Positions 1 to 9,852 are shown, numbered from the stretch's first letter. The stretch: DNA of 64,000 nt from Sphingomonadales bacterium UBA6171 (GCA_002422985.1 DITZ01000048.1:15858-79857); one strand, 5' to 3'. Notes: generated from the letters alone by a model not told the origin. Numbers and translations: made by a program.

Positions 1-360
1 CACCAGCGCGGGCAGGCGGTGATAGGCCTGCGGGCCGATGACCAGATCCACCGCGCCCGAACGGCTGGCGATTTCGCCGCCTTCGGCCTGCGCGGTGCAG
101 CCGGCCACCGCGATCATCGGGCGCGGCTGATTGGCCCGCCGGGCGCGGGCAGCGATGCGGCCGACATCGGAATAGAGTTTTTCCGCCGCCTTTTCGCGGA
201 TGTGGCAGGTGTTGAGCACGAGGAGATCGGCCTCTGCCTCTGCCACCTGGGTCAGGCCATCGGCCAGCAGGGCTTCCGCCATCCGCTCGCTGTCATATAC
301 ATTCATCTGGCAGCCATAGCTGCGGACGGCGAAACGGCTGGGGCTATCGTTGAGGGTCAC
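1..360 (-). CDS. miaB: tRNA methylthiotransferase MiaB, 5' part (runs off the window)
   Basis: Manual translation from GTG 360: [14 protein letters not shown]...[13 protein letters not shown]...[10 protein letters not shown]...[13 protein letters not shown] overlap with the upstream stop. Not in the ORF track. Confidence 0.95.
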   Translation of the reverse strand, partial: MTLNDSPSRFAVRSYGCQMNVYDSERMAEALLADGLTQVAEAEADLLVLNTCHIREKAAEKLYSDVGRIAARARRANQPRPMIAVAGCTAQAEGGEIASRSGAVDLVIGPQAYHRLPALV

Positions 361-1226
361 GCGGTGCCCCGTATCAGCCTTTTATAGCCTTGGGCAATCA
401 CGTCGCGGCAGTGGCGGGCCAGCGCCTTGCGGTCGGTGAAGTCGGTGCGGCGCACCGGCGGGTGGCAATATATATGCGCCGCGACCCGGCCGAGGCGCAT
501 GAAATCAAGGGCATGCGACCCCAGTTCCATGTCGCCGATCCAGGCGATGTCCAGCATGCGGTTGCGGGTGAGCGGCAGGCCGTTCAGATGGGTATAGGCG
601 AGCGTGACCGGCTGGATGCGGAAATCCTCGCTGCCTTCGCCCTCCACCACGGAAAACAGCGCCGATTTGAACGGCAGGATATGCACGCCATCGTTCGACG
701 TGCCTTCGGGAAACAGGATGACATTGCCGCCATGCGCCAGCCGGTGCTGGATGGTGCCGGCCTGCTCCACCGCGCGGTGGCGGCGCGCGCGCTCCACATA
801 GATGGTGTCCTGCATGTCGGCCAGAAAGCTGACCATACCCATGGCACCGACTTCGGATTTGGCGACAAAGCTGCCGGAAAGCCGGCTGCCCAGCACCGGA
901 ATATCCAGCCAGGACAGATGATTGCAGACATAGAGCGTCTTGCCGCTGGCCGGCGTGCCGGACAAAAGCGTGCGAACGCCGAGCGAGCGGGAAACCAGAC
1001 GGTGCCACAGCATCGGCATCTGCGCGGCGGATTTGTGCCGCAGCAGTCGCGCGGCCATGGCGGGCGGCACCAGCATGCCGGTGGCCGCCAGCGCGCCGGC
1101 CATGGATTTTACATGGCCGAGGCGCTGAAAGGGCGTGTCATCACGCCCAAGGTGCGGCAAGTCCGCGTCGTTGTGCAGCGCCTGGAGGGCATTTTCATCA
1201 ATGTCCGGATGGGTAGCAGCGGTCAT
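357..1226 (-). CDS. Lysophospholipid acyltransferase (PlsC/OlsA family)
   Basis: NHLSWLD and FPEGTS acyltransferase motifs; usual position between fur and miaB. Confidence 0.9.
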   Translation of the reverse strand: MTAATHPDIDENALQALHNDADLPHLGRDDTPFQRLGHVKSMAGALAATGMLVPPAMAARLLRHKSAAQMPMLWHRLVSRSLGVRTLLSGTPASGKTLYVCNHLSWLDIPVLGSRLSGSFVAKSEVGAMGMVSFLADMQDTIYVERARRHRAVEQAGTIQHRLAHGGNVILFPEGTSNDGVHILPFKSALFSVVEGEGSEDFRIQPVTLAYTHLNGLPLTRNRMLDIAWIGDMELGSHALDFMRLGRVAAHIYCHPPVRRTDFTDRKALARHCRDVIAQGYKRLIRGTA

Positions 1227-1231
1227 GCGGC

Positions 1232-1657
1232 TCAGGTTTTGGGCCGGTTGATGGGCACGCAATATAATTCCATCCGGTGGTCGACGAGGCGATAGCCCAG
1301 CCGCTCGGCGATGGCGTGCTGCAACGCTTCCAGTTGGTCGTCGTGAAACTCGATGACGTTGCCATTTTCGACATTGATCAGATGGTCATGATGCTCGTCC
1401 GGCGTGGGTTCATAGCGCGAGCGGCCATCGCGAAAATCATGCCGTTCGAGGATGCCCGCTTCTTCGAACAGCCGCACGGTGCGATAGACGGTGGCGATGG
1501 AGATGCCCTTGTCCACCTCGGCGGCGCGGCGGTGCAGTTCCTCCACATCGGGATGGTCGCGGCTGCTGGAGAGCACCCGGGCAATGACACGCCGCTGTTC
1601 GGTGATGCGCAGGCCCTTGGCGTTGCACAGCGATTCGATGTCGATCATTCCCGGCAT
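1232..1657 (-). CDS. fur: Fur family transcriptional regulator
   Basis: GLRITEQRR, DHPDVEEL, ISIATVYRT and HHDHL motifs. Confidence 0.92.
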   Translation of the reverse strand: MPGMIDIESLCNAKGLRITEQRRVIARVLSSSRDHPDVEELHRRAAEVDKGISIATVYRTVRLFEEAGILERHDFRDGRSRYEPTPDEHHDHLINVENGNVIEFHDDQLEALQHAIAERLGYRLVDHRMELYCVPINRPKT

Positions 1658-1790
1658 AGTCTCACCCCGTGGCCGCCAGTGCCGGACAAATGCCCGGCAC
1701 GCCAGCGGTGACAGGTCCACAAATAGGCAAAGCGCGCGGCAAGGGCAATATCAGCCGGGTCCGGCGGGGCAGGAAATGGGCGCGGGCAGC

Positions 1791-1827
1791 AAAAAGGGTC
1801 CGGCTGCGCGCATGGCAGCCGGACCCT
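1791..1827 (-). terminator. Rho-independent terminator after mucR
   Basis: 13-bp perfect stem AGGGTCCGGCTGC / GCAGCCGGACCCT, 7-nt loop, U-tract on the minus strand (AAAAA at 1791-1795). Confidence 0.8.
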
Positions 1828-1846
1828 GTTTCAGCGGCATGGCGCC

Positions 1847-2266
1847 TTATTTGCGGCGACCGCGGCCACCCTTGGTGCCAAGGCCGATGTCCTTTGCCAG
1901 CTTGCGGCGGGCTTCGGCATAGTTGGGGGCAACCATCGGATAATCCGCCGGCAGGCCCCAGCGCGCGCGATATTCGTCGGGCGTCAGGTTGAAGGCGGTC
2001 ATCAGGTGCCGCTTCAGCATCTTCAGCTTCTTGCCGTCTTCAAGGCAGACGATATAGTCGGGCTTGATGGATTGGCGGATCGGCACGGCCGGCTCCAGCT
2101 TTTCCGGCTCGGCCTGCACCACGCCACCAAGGCCGGACAGGGTTGCAAAGACATTCTGAATCAGCACTGGCAGATCATTAACAGCCACGCTGTTGTTCGC
2201 CACATGGCTGGACACAATATCCGCCGTCAGTGCCAGAAGATCATTATGTTCCACAGACTCGCTCAT
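1847..2266 (-). CDS. mucR: MucR/Ros zinc-finger transcriptional regulator
   Basis: LTADIVSSHVANN, IVCLEDGKKLKMLKRHL, YPMVAPNY. Confidence 0.95.
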   Translation of the reverse strand: MSESVEHNDLLALTADIVSSHVANNSVAVNDLPVLIQNVFATLSGLGGVVQAEPEKLEPAVPIRQSIKPDYIVCLEDGKKLKMLKRHLMTAFNLTPDEYRARWGLPADYPMVAPNYAEARRKLAKDIGLGTKGGRGRRK

Positions 2267-2448
2267 TAGCTGTTCCTTGTTCTTATACTGTATTTTCCAG
2301 CCCGCGCATCGCGAATGTTGCATTCGCGAAAAGCCGCTGGCTGACGGAAACATCAGGGCCGCGATTTCATACGACCCAAGTCTCTATGGCAGTGTCAATC
2401 CATAAGGGCAACAGCATGTTCGGCGCGAATTCCATCAATTCGTCGCAA

Positions 2449-2943
2449 CTAGTGAAGCGCAAGTCCCAGTGTAATCGCGTCTATCCCTTCACCCGACAGG
2501 CTTCTGTAATAGGATTTGCGCAATCCCTGCTGCTCCATGCCTATGGCCGCATAAAGTGCGCGCGCGGCTGTGTTGCTGGCGCGCACCTCCAGAAACAGCC
2601 GGCTGCCCCCGCGCGTGCGCGTGGCGGCGACTACGGCAGCCAGCATCGCCCGGCCAAGGCCGGTGCGGCGCAGGCCAGGATGGGTGGCGCACAGCAGCAG
2701 CTCCACCTCGTCCAGCACCTGCCGGCACAGTGCAAAGGCCAGCGGCGCGGGGCGTGGCGCCAGCAGCAGAAACCCCCCCGGTCCGGCCAGCACGGCGGCA
2801 ATCTGCGCCGCGTTCCATGCTTCGCGATAGTGGGGATCAAAGGCAAGGCCGGCGAGCGCGGCCACCGCCGGCACATCGACCAGCGCACCGGACACAAAGT
2901 CGGGCGCGGCAAGACAATGAGGTTCAGGCGACGGCGCTGGCAT
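2449..2943 (-). CDS. rimI: RimI-like GNAT acetyltransferase
   Basis: DEVELLL, RRTGLGRAML, LFLEVRASNTAARALY; downstream of tsaB; start uncertain. Confidence 0.82.
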   Translation of the reverse strand: MPAPSPEPHCLAAPDFVSGALVDVPAVAALAGLAFDPHYREAWNAAQIAAVLAGPGGFLLLAPRPAPLAFALCRQVLDEVELLLCATHPGLRRTGLGRAMLAAVVAATRTRGGSRLFLEVRASNTAARALYAAIGMEQQGLRKSYYRSLSGEGIDAITLGLALH

Positions 2944-3541
2944 CCTGCTGCCGCACATAAAGCGGTATGGGCGGATCGAAAAGAGCCGGCGACAGGCCGA
3001 GCGCACAGGCCGCGCGCGGTTCGGCGGCCAGCATCTGGCCCGGTGCGCCGCTGCCGGCGGCGGGTGCCCCCGCCAGCCAGTCCGCCGCCGCTGGCGCCAG
3101 GAGGGCAATGGGTGCGCCCCGGCTGGAAAGCGCGGGCAGGTGGAAGCGTTCGCACCAAAGCTGCCCGCGCGGCGCGGCGAGCGCCACGCCGAGCAGGCCG
3201 TCCGCCCCGGATTGCCGCGCCTGTGCCGCCACCAGCAGGGTCGAGCGGACGCCGGACAAATCCGCCCCCCATGCGAGCGCCAGTGCCGTGGCCGCGGCAT
3301 GGCCGATGCGCAGCCCGGTGAAACTGCCGGGCCCGGTTTCCACGATGATATGCGCCACGCCAGCCGCCCGCCCGCCAAAGGGAGCAAGCAGCGCGGTGAG
3401 CGCCGGCATCAGCGCCTCGGCATGGCCAAGGCCGATGCGTTCATGATGTTCCGCCAGCAGCCGGCCATCTTCCCCCAGCGCCAGCGACAGCGCATGGCCG
3501 GTGGCGATGACCAGTGTGCGCCCGGTCAGGCGATCCTGCAT
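2924..3541 (-). CDS. tsaB: tRNA t6A biosynthesis protein TsaB
   Basis: GHAEALMP and GPGSFTGLRIG motifs. Confidence 0.93.
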   Translation of the reverse strand: MQDRLTGRTLVIATGHALSLALGEDGRLLAEHHERIGLGHAEALMPALTALLAPFGGRAAGVAHIIVETGPGSFTGLRIGHAAATALALAWGADLSGVRSTLLVAAQARQSGADGLLGVALAAPRGQLWCERFHLPALSSRGAPIALLAPAAADWLAGAPAAGSGAPGQMLAAEPRAACALGLSPALFDPPIPLYVRQQDASAVA

Positions 3542-4113
3542 GCGTCGTCGAACGACAGGCGCGGCAGGCGCGGGAATAATTTCCTGCCCGTGCCATGGCC
3601 CAGCGAACAGATGAAATTGGTTTCAACCGTCGTGCCGGTCCAGAAAGCCGCATCCACCGCCGCCTTGTCAAAGCCCGACATCGGGCCGGTATCCAGCCCC
3701 AGCGCGCGGGCCGCCATCAGCAGATAGGCCCCCTGGAGGCTGCTGTTGCGAAAGGCGGTGGAATGGATGAGTGCCTCATTGCCCCGGAACCAGCTGGCCG
3801 CATCGTCATGCGGGAACAGTTCGGACAGCCGGTCGATAAAGGCCATGTCCATGCCGATGATGACGGTGACCGGGGCCTGGAGCACTTTGGGCCGGTTGGC
3901 TTCCATCACACAGGCCGCGAGCTTTGCGCGGGCTTCGGCACTGGCGCAGAAGATCAGCCGCGCGGGCGAGCAGTTGGCAGAGGTCGGGCCGAACTTCATC
4001 AGCTCATAAAGCTGTTCCGGCATGTCTTCCGGCAGCGGGGCCTCCTCCCAGTCATAATGGGTGCGGGCGTCGAGAAACAGCTGCGACAGGGCGGAAGGAT
4101 CAAGCCTGGTCAT
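3526..4113 (-). CDS. Nitroreductase family protein (malonic semialdehyde reductase, RutE-like)
   Basis: LFLDARTH, GPTSANCSPAR, RNSSLQGAY, LDTGPMSGFD, PRLPRLSF. Confidence 0.9.
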   Translation of the reverse strand: MTRLDPSALSQLFLDARTHYDWEEAPLPEDMPEQLYELMKFGPTSANCSPARLIFCASAEARAKLAACVMEANRPKVLQAPVTVIIGMDMAFIDRLSELFPHDDAASWFRGNEALIHSTAFRNSSLQGAYLLMAARALGLDTGPMSGFDKAAVDAAFWTGTTVETNFICSLGHGTGRKLFPRLPRLSFDDACRIA

Positions 4114-4664
4114 ATGGCGCGCACCTCGGTTACTTCGGGAACATAATGGCGGAGCAGATTCTCGATGCCACCCTTCAGCGTGGCAGTGGACGACGGGCAG
4201 CCGGCGCAACTGCCCTGCATGTGCAGGAACACGGTGCCGCGCTGGAAGCCGCGATAGACGATGTCGCCGCCGTCCGCCGCAACAGCGGGGCGCACGCGGG
4301 TGTCGATCAGCTCACGGATCTGCGCGACGATGTCGGCATCGGCCGGATCATCGAAGGTTTCGGCCTCGGCCGCCGCGCCCGCCGGATAGAGCGGCGCACC
4401 GCTGGCGAAATGATCGACCAGCAGGCCCAGCACGTCGGGCTTCACCTCCGCCCAGTCCACGCCGGCCGCGATGGAGACGGAGACGAAATCCTCGCCGAAA
4501 TAGGTACCCGTCACATCGCCCAGCGAGAAGAGCGCACGGGCGAGCGGCACGGCTTCGGCCGCTTCGGGGGAGGCGAAATCCCGCACATCGGCGGCTGCCA
4601 CGGCGCGGCCGGGCAGGAATTTCAGCGTTTGCGGGTTGGGTGTGCGTTCGGTCTCGATCAACAT
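4110..4664 (-). CDS. NifU/Nfu family Fe-S scaffold protein
   Basis: TPNPQTLKF N-terminus; RVRPAVAADGGDI; GSCAGCPSS. Confidence 0.93.
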   Translation of the reverse strand: MLIETERTPNPQTLKFLPGRAVAAADVRDFASPEAAEAVPLARALFSLGDVTGTYFGEDFVSVSIAAGVDWAEVKPDVLGLLVDHFASGAPLYPAGAAAEAETFDDPADADIVAQIRELIDTRVRPAVAADGGDIVYRGFQRGTVFLHMQGSCAGCPSSTATLKGGIENLLRHYVPEVTEVRAI

Positions 4665-4752
4665 GGCACGGTCCTTCGGTGTGTGCACCGCACTTGGCGG
4701 TTGCGGCCCGCGCAATCAAGACCGCAGCAATAGGATTTCGCTGCGGCGGGCT

Positions 4753-5217
4753 TTATGTCAGCCGGTCCAGCTCTGCCTCGCCGATGCCGCCGGGCACGAT
4801 GATGACCAGACAGGGCAGCGCGCCGGCCCGTTCACCCGCGAAGAAATCCACCAGCGGGCCGGGCCGGCCATTGGCCGCGGCTGCCAGCACCAGGCTGCGG
4901 ATGCTGCGATCCTGTTCCAGCAGGCGCAGGATTTCCTCCGCCGGCTTGCCGCGCCGCACCATGGTTTCAGGCCGCACGCCCATCAGCACGGCGGCGCTGT
5001 CGGCCTGGGCAGACAGCATCGCATGCGCGTCCGCCTCCACCTCCTCGTCCAGCGCCTTCTGCACGCCACCCCATTGCATGAAGCCGGTGGGCTTGATGAT
5101 ATGCACCAGCTTGACGCTGGCCGCCGTGTGCATGGCGCGCAGCGCCGCAAAGCGCAGGGCGCGGGCGCATTCCGGCGTGCCGTCCATCACCACCAGAAAG
5201 GCGTGCGCCATGTTCAT
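4753..5217 (-). CDS. Universal stress protein
   Basis: FLVVMDGTPECARALRFA, GKPAEEI, PGPLV and IIVPG motifs. Confidence 0.88.
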   Translation of the reverse strand: MNMAHAFLVVMDGTPECARALRFAALRAMHTAASVKLVHIIKPTGFMQWGGVQKALDEEVEADAHAMLSAQADSAAVLMGVRPETMVRRGKPAEEILRLLEQDRSIRSLVLAAAANGRPGPLVDFFAGERAGALPCLVIIVPGGIGEAELDRLT

Positions 5218-6122
5218 TGCAGGATGGCCCTGAGCGCGCTGCCCGCCAGCAGCAGCTGATAGCCGGCGCGGATGAGATCAGTCTCGCCCGGCATCAGCGG
5301 ATCCTGGGCGGCCGCCGCATCCAGCGCGTCCAGCGCTTCCCCCCAGCGCGCCGCTTTGCCGGAAAGGCGCACGGCGGCGGCATTATCGTCGCGCAGGCCC
5401 CGCAGCAGCATCGCAGCCGCATGCGCCGTGCCGCGCGCGGCCGACAGCTGCACCACGACACTGCCATCCGCCTGCCCGGCCATCAGCCGGTTGCCGCGCC
5501 GCGCCTCCATCTCCACCATATCGGCCAGCGCCGCGACCGCCGCGCGGCTGTGGGCGTCCATCCGCGGGCTTTCGCTGCCCGCATTGCCGGGCGCTGCGGC
5601 ATCGATGCGGTTCTGTTCCACCAGTGCCGCAATGGCGCCGCGATAGGCGCGCTCCGACGACTGGCGGATCGGCGGCCAGCCCAGCGCCAGCCACCATTGA
5701 TCGGCCGGCACCGCCAGCAGCCGCGCGCCTTCGGCCAGCGCCACCGCGCCGGGGCGCGCGGCCAGCGCCTCCACCACCGCATGGGTGGTTTCGATAATGC
5801 GCGCCTGATAGGCGGGCGTGCGGCGGGTAAGGCCGGTGGGAAAGAAAAAGGGATCGTTCGGCGTGAAGGCGCGATCATTCACCTGCGCGTCCACCAGCCG
5901 TGCGGCAAAGCCCAGCGCGGCCGAGCCGCCGGCCGGCAGTTGTTCGGGCGTGGGGCGCAGGCCGGGATCGGGCGATATGCCGGCCAGCATCGTGCCCAGC
6001 AGCACATACCAGAGCAGCAGCAGCAACAGCCCGCCCAGCAGCCCAAGCGCCCAGCGCGGCAGGGCCATCAGCCGGGCGAAAAAGCCTATGGGGCGAACGG
6101 GCGTGGCGGCTATGCTGTCCAT
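5214..6122 (-). CDS. Membrane-anchored protein, DUF2333-like
   Basis: N-terminal TM segment; FTPNDPFFFP...TPAYQ motif; syntenic with usp/nifU. Confidence 0.6.
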   Translation of the reverse strand: MDSIAATPVRPIGFFARLMALPRWALGLLGGLLLLLLWYVLLGTMLAGISPDPGLRPTPEQLPAGGSAALGFAARLVDAQVNDRAFTPNDPFFFPTGLTRRTPAYQARIIETTHAVVEALAARPGAVALAEGARLLAVPADQWWLALGWPPIRQSSERAYRGAIAALVEQNRIDAAAPGNAGSESPRMDAHSRAAVAALADMVEMEARRGNRLMAGQADGSVVVQLSAARGTAHAAAMLLRGLRDDNAAAVRLSGKAARWGEALDALDAAAAQDPLMPGETDLIRAGYQLLLAGSALRAILQ

Positions 6123-6163
6123 CCGCCAGACTTAAGCCGCCGCCCACCGCCACGCAATCGCTA

Positions 6164-6230
6164 TCACTCTTGGGCCAGGTATAACCCTATGGCCAGTGTC
6201 ACCTTATGGCCGTTAACGCCTTATGGCTTC
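6164..6230. repeat. Degenerate ~17-bp tandem repeat, 3-4 copies
   Basis: ACCCTATGGCC at 6184, ACCTTATGGCC at 6201, GCCTTATGGCT at 6218; weaker copy at 6166. Confidence 0.55.
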
Positions 6231-6893
6231 TCAGCGGCCGGTTGGCACCCGCACCACTTTGCTGCGCGCCGGCGGGCCGGGGAAATCGGTGAACAGCGCG
6301 GTTACCAGCTTGGGCATATGCTGTGGCAGGTCATTCACGCGGGTGTTGGATTCCGAACGCCCCTCGAACAGCGGCGCCTTGTCTGCCTGGCGGATGATGT
6401 CGACGTGCAGGAAAGCCGGATAGGTGGTGTAGCTGTATATTTCGCTGCTGTTCATCGGTCCCCAGAAGGGATCATAGAAGCTGCCCCAATAGCCGGGGCG
6501 CATGCCCCAGCCTTGCCAGCCATGGCCCCACCAGCCCCAGCTGCTGCTGCTGGTGGCGGGGCGGGTGCCCAGCCGGTCGGTTGGCGGGCCGGCGCCGAAA
6601 TCGACCCGGACGATGAGCGCCGCCGCATCGCGGGTCTGCACCGGCTGGAAGCCCTTGCGCTGCAATTCGGCGGACACCAGCGCGGCATAGCTCTGGAACT
6701 CCAGGCTGCCCTCGCGCCGCAGGTCGGACGGCTCGACATAGAAGGTCTGCCCCGTTATCGGCGGCATCGCCTGGAACGACTGGACCCGCGCATCAAAGCT
6801 GGTGGTGCAGGCCGACAACAGGCCAAGCGCGGCCGCCGCCAGCGCCAGCTTCAGCGCACGCGGCGCGCGCGCATTCCGTTTCATTTGGGTCAT
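6231..6893 (-). CDS. DUF4136-like lipoprotein
   Basis: Lipobox LLSAC; Gly/Trp-rich insert; LFEGRSES and LFTDFPG. Confidence 0.8.
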   Translation of the reverse strand: MTQMKRNARAPRALKLALAAAALGLLSACTTSFDARVQSFQAMPPITGQTFYVEPSDLRREGSLEFQSYAALVSAELQRKGFQPVQTRDAAALIVRVDFGAGPPTDRLGTRPATSSSSWGWWGHGWQGWGMRPGYWGSFYDPFWGPMNSSEIYSYTTYPAFLHVDIIRQADKAPLFEGRSESNTRVNDLPQHMPKLVTALFTDFPGPPARSKVVRVPTGR

Positions 6894-7061
6894 CCCGCTT
6901 CGTCCTCGCATATTATCGGCTGTCAGCCAGCTTAAGACGCTGATGGTGAACCCAAGCTTGCAAACGGGCAAGCCCGCATATCGGCGCGAAAAAAGACATC
7001 GGCCTGCCGGCTCATAAGCCCTGACCAGATTTTGACGGATGTGCGGTGGATGACGACCAGA

Positions 7062-7295
7062 TTATGCCCGGCGTATCCTTCGTTTCGGGTTGGCGAAAGG
7101 CAGGCGCAATTCGACCATGCGCGCGCTCACCACGTCATCAAAGGGCGCAGGCGCCATAACGCGGCCATGGCGCCGCTCAGCTTCAATCCTCTGCGCAGCG
7201 GCAAGGTCGACCGCAGCCTTCGCCTCGTCCACGTGCCGACGATAGTCTGCCTGCCTGATAAGAAACAGCGGCGGCCCACGCGTCACCCCGATCAC
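7062..7295 (-). CDS. Small hypothetical protein
   Basis: ORF just after the PaaI gene on the same strand (PLFLIRQADYRRHVDEAK); start uncertain. Confidence 0.4.
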   Translation of the reverse strand: MIGVTRGPPLFLIRQADYRRHVDEAKAAVDLAAAQRIEAERRHGRVMAPAPFDDVVSARMVELRLPFANPKRRIRRA

Positions 7296-7303
7296 CTGCC
7301 GAA

Positions 7304-7738
7304 TCAGGGCGAGGGTGGCGCGACCTGGCAAATATAGGCCCCCCTCCCGCTCGCCAGGAGCTTGCCGTCAGGGCCTGTCACGCGCGTTTCGGCAACCGAT
7401 AGCTGCCGTCCGATTTTTACCGCGCGTCCGCTCGCGGTGACAGGGCCGGCGGTCGCGGGGCGATGATAGTCCACGCTGAGATCGGCCGTCGCCTTTGCCT
7501 GCGTGCCCAGCATCAGCAACGTATATAGCCCGGTCAAATCGATCAGGGCCGCGAGTATGCCGCCATGCGCCGCGCCGATCATCGGGTTCGACACGATTTC
7601 CTCGCGCCAGGGCATGCTGATCTCCAGCAGCTCAGTCGAGCAGGATTTGATTTCCAGCCCGAGCCATTGATGAAAAGGTGCAATGCGCAGCATGCGGGTC
7701 AAATGCTCCTGATCGATTACAGGTGCCTTGATGCTCAT
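7304..7738 (-). CDS. PaaI family hotdog thioesterase
   Basis: NPMIGAAHGGILAALID, TADLSVDYHRPA. Confidence 0.92.
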   Translation of the reverse strand: MSIKAPVIDQEHLTRMLRIAPFHQWLGLEIKSCSTELLEISMPWREEIVSNPMIGAAHGGILAALIDLTGLYTLLMLGTQAKATADLSVDYHRPATAGPVTASGRAVKIGRQLSVAETRVTGPDGKLLASGRGAYICQVAPPSP

Positions 7739-8637
7739 CCCCGCAACTCCCCGGGCCGCGACTCTCCGGCACTGTGATGGCGGTTCAGAAAGCGCAGGAT
7801 TGCCGCGGAAAAGGCGTCGTTGGAATCGCCCACAACCATATGCGTCGCACCGGCGATGTCGGTATATTCGGCATGGGGGGCGAGCTGCCGCAGATGCGAC
7901 ACCGCTTCTTCAGAGACAAGATCGCTCGATGCGCCGCGAATAAGATGCAGCGGCAGCGTCAGATTTGCGGCAGCCCGGCTCAGATCATTGAATTCCTGCT
8001 GCTGATGATCGGGATTGCTCCCTTTGGCCGCCATTATGTTGCGGATGAAGGCAGGGTCCCAATGCCAGTAGAAACGGCCATCCTGCTTCTGGCGGAGATA
8101 ATGCCGCAGCCCCTCGCCCGCGCCGCGCTTGCGACGGTGCGGCATATAGCGGGCAATGACGTCTGCTGCTTCTTGCGCGGAGGCAAAGCCGCTATCGACA
8201 TGTTCTTCCATGAAGCCCAGCACACGCATGACGCCGTCCGGCTCCATGCGCGGCGCAATATCCACCAATGTCAGCGATGCGAAACTGCCTTGCGCCAGAT
8301 CGCCTTCGGCGATCATCCCGGCGAGTCCGCCAAGCGATGCCCCGACGAGCGCGGGTTTGCGCTCCATCTTCGACGCAATCGCCACGAGATCGGCCGCGAA
8401 GTCGCGCATGTCATATGCGCCGGCAGCCGACCAGTCGCTGTCGCCATGGCCACGCATGTCAAAAGCGATCGCGCGAAATCCCGCATCGGCCAGTTCAGCC
8501 GTCACGCGCTTCCATGCCCGGCGGGTCTGCCCGCCCCCATGGGCGAGCAGGACCGGCATTGCCGCAGGCTCACCGCGGATTTCGGCGGCAAGGGCTATTC
8601 CCCCGGCCCCTTGAATGCTGCTTGTACAGGCGGTCAT
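7735..8637 (-). CDS. Alpha/beta fold hydrolase
   Basis: LAHGGGQT, DMRGHGDS, nucleophile motif GASLGG, catalytic His in ATHMVVGD. Confidence 0.92.
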   Translation of the reverse strand: MTACTSSIQGAGGIALAAEIRGEPAAMPVLLAHGGGQTRRAWKRVTAELADAGFRAIAFDMRGHGDSDWSAAGAYDMRDFAADLVAIASKMERKPALVGASLGGLAGMIAEGDLAQGSFASLTLVDIAPRMEPDGVMRVLGFMEEHVDSGFASAQEAADVIARYMPHRRKRGAGEGLRHYLRQKQDGRFYWHWDPAFIRNIMAAKGSNPDHQQQEFNDLSRAAANLTLPLHLIRGASSDLVSEEAVSHLRQLAPHAEYTDIAGATHMVVGDSNDAFSAAILRFLNRHHSAGESRPGELRG

Positions 8638-8661
8638 ATGGCAGCCACTATATATTAAGCG

Positions 8662-8674
8662 ATTTACAGTAAAT
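8662..8674. promoter_or_regulatory. Palindromic operator candidate ATTTAC-A-GTAAAT
   Basis: Inverted repeat in the AT-rich divergent promoter between the hydrolase and the MarR pseudogene. Confidence 0.5.
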
Positions 8675-8700
8675 GATTATATTCTGCTTTTGGCTTCGAT

Positions 8701-8950
8701 ATGATGCCGGACATGGCCGTGCGACCGGACCAGGATGCCGATACGGCAGCCGCGAATTTTTTGACCGAAACCGATCAGCTGGTTTTCCTGATGGAGAAGG
8801 TGACGCGACGGTTTCGGCGCACCATTGACACATCGGTCGAATGACACATCGGTCGAACAATTTGGCCTTGCCCGCACCCGGTGGCGCACGCTCGCCTGTC
8901 TCTATCGAACGCCGGGCATGACGCAGACCGGGCTTGCCAGGCCCTTATGA
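8701..8950 (+). pseudogene. MarR family regulator pseudogene (frameshifted and truncated)
   Basis: Removing one copy of the 16-bp duplication gives LVFLMEKVTRRFRRTIDTSVEQFGLARTRWRTLACLYRTPGMTQTGLARPL, which aligns by eye with the intact MarR at 53490 (LGFRISDLSRLLRRQFD...GVTRPQWRTL...GINQSGLA). Confidence 0.85.
8826..8857 (+). repeat. Perfect 16-bp tandem duplication TGACACATCGGTCGAA x2
   Basis: Copies at 8826-8841 and 8842-8857; creates an in-frame TGA at 8842. Confidence 0.95.
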
Positions 8951-9072
8951 AATCATCGTCGTGAAGCCCCCCGCCGGGCGGGTCGTGATCCCGCAGCCAC
9001 GGCAGCGGAAGCTGCACCGGACAGGCATGGGGCCGGCGTGTTGATCCGCCGGCCCCGTGCCGCATGGGCCGG

Positions 9073-9771
9073 TCAGGCGGTGGTGGCCGCCGCTGCACCG
9101 CGACGGCGGCGCGATGCCGCACCGACGAGGCCGAAGCCGGCGATCAGCATGGCCCAGCTGGCCGGCTCCGGGACGCCGGCGTTATTGCTGATTTCGCGCC
9201 ATTCGAAGCGGATATTGTCCAGCCCGACATCATAGCTGTCCGGGCCCCAGCGCAGTGTATAGCCATCCGACGACCAGCCGCTGGCAAGGGCGACCGAGGC
9301 ATGGCCGGGGTATAGGGTGCTGATCCCGGATCCGGACAGGACTGAGGTGCCATTTTCCAGCACGCTGTAGGTCATGGTCCGGCAGGAGGCACGGTTCACA
9401 TAGCAGCCGGTGTCGAAGTCGAGCAGGCGCAGTTCATAGCCGGCCAGCGGCGTGAAAGTGATGGCGGCATAATAGTTGGTAGCGTTAGAGCCACCCCACA
9501 CGACATTGGTGAGATCGCCATAGCTGCTGGTCCAGTGTTTCAGATGATCCTCAGCGAGGTCATCAGCGATGGTGTAGCTGGCATAGCTGACATCGACGTT
9601 GGCGGAATCGCCATAATTCTGGCCGATGCGGCTGCCGTTGCCGCAATTCTGGTCGCCCGCAACGCCGCAGATGCTGCCGGCAAAATCCAGCGTGGTGATG
9701 CTGGCGTGCGCCGTGGCGGGGATGGTGAAGGCGGCCAGTGCGGCGCTGGCGGCGAGAATGAGAGTCTTCAT
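9073..9771 (-). CDS. PEPxxWA-CTERM (PEP-CTERM) surface protein
   Basis: Signal peptide ending ATAHA; C-terminal VPEPASWAMLIAGFGLVGAASRRRR. Confidence 0.95.
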   Translation of the reverse strand: MKTLILAASAALAAFTIPATAHASITTLDFAGSICGVAGDQNCGNGSRIGQNYGDSANVDVSYASYTIADDLAEDHLKHWTSSYGDLTNVVWGGSNATNYYAAITFTPLAGYELRLLDFDTGCYVNRASCRTMTYSVLENGTSVLSGSGISTLYPGHASVALASGWSSDGYTLRWGPDSYDVGLDNIRFEWREISNNAGVPEPASWAMLIAGFGLVGAASRRRRGAAAATTA

Positions 9772-9820
9772 GGTCTTTCTCCCTGTTGAAGGCGGGCCTG
9801 CATGCTATGGCCCTCCAACA

Positions 9821-9852
9821 GTTCAAGCGCGGCGCTGGCCGAAACCGGGTCA
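9821..9852 (-). promoter_or_regulatory. Candidate ECF-type promoter of the PEP-CTERM gene
   Basis: Minus strand TGACCC-N16-GCGCTTGAAC about 50 nt upstream of the ATG; inference only. Confidence 0.3.

Noticed and set aside
1-6122. miaB-acyltransferase-fur-mucR-rimI-tsaB-nifU-usp cluster as a novel system
   Set aside because: Well-known conserved alphaproteobacterial neighbourhood
6894-7061. tRNA or att site at the left island border (also checked 51724-51884)
   Set aside because: No cloverleaf, no T-loop/CCA pattern, and no direct repeat shared between the two borders was visible
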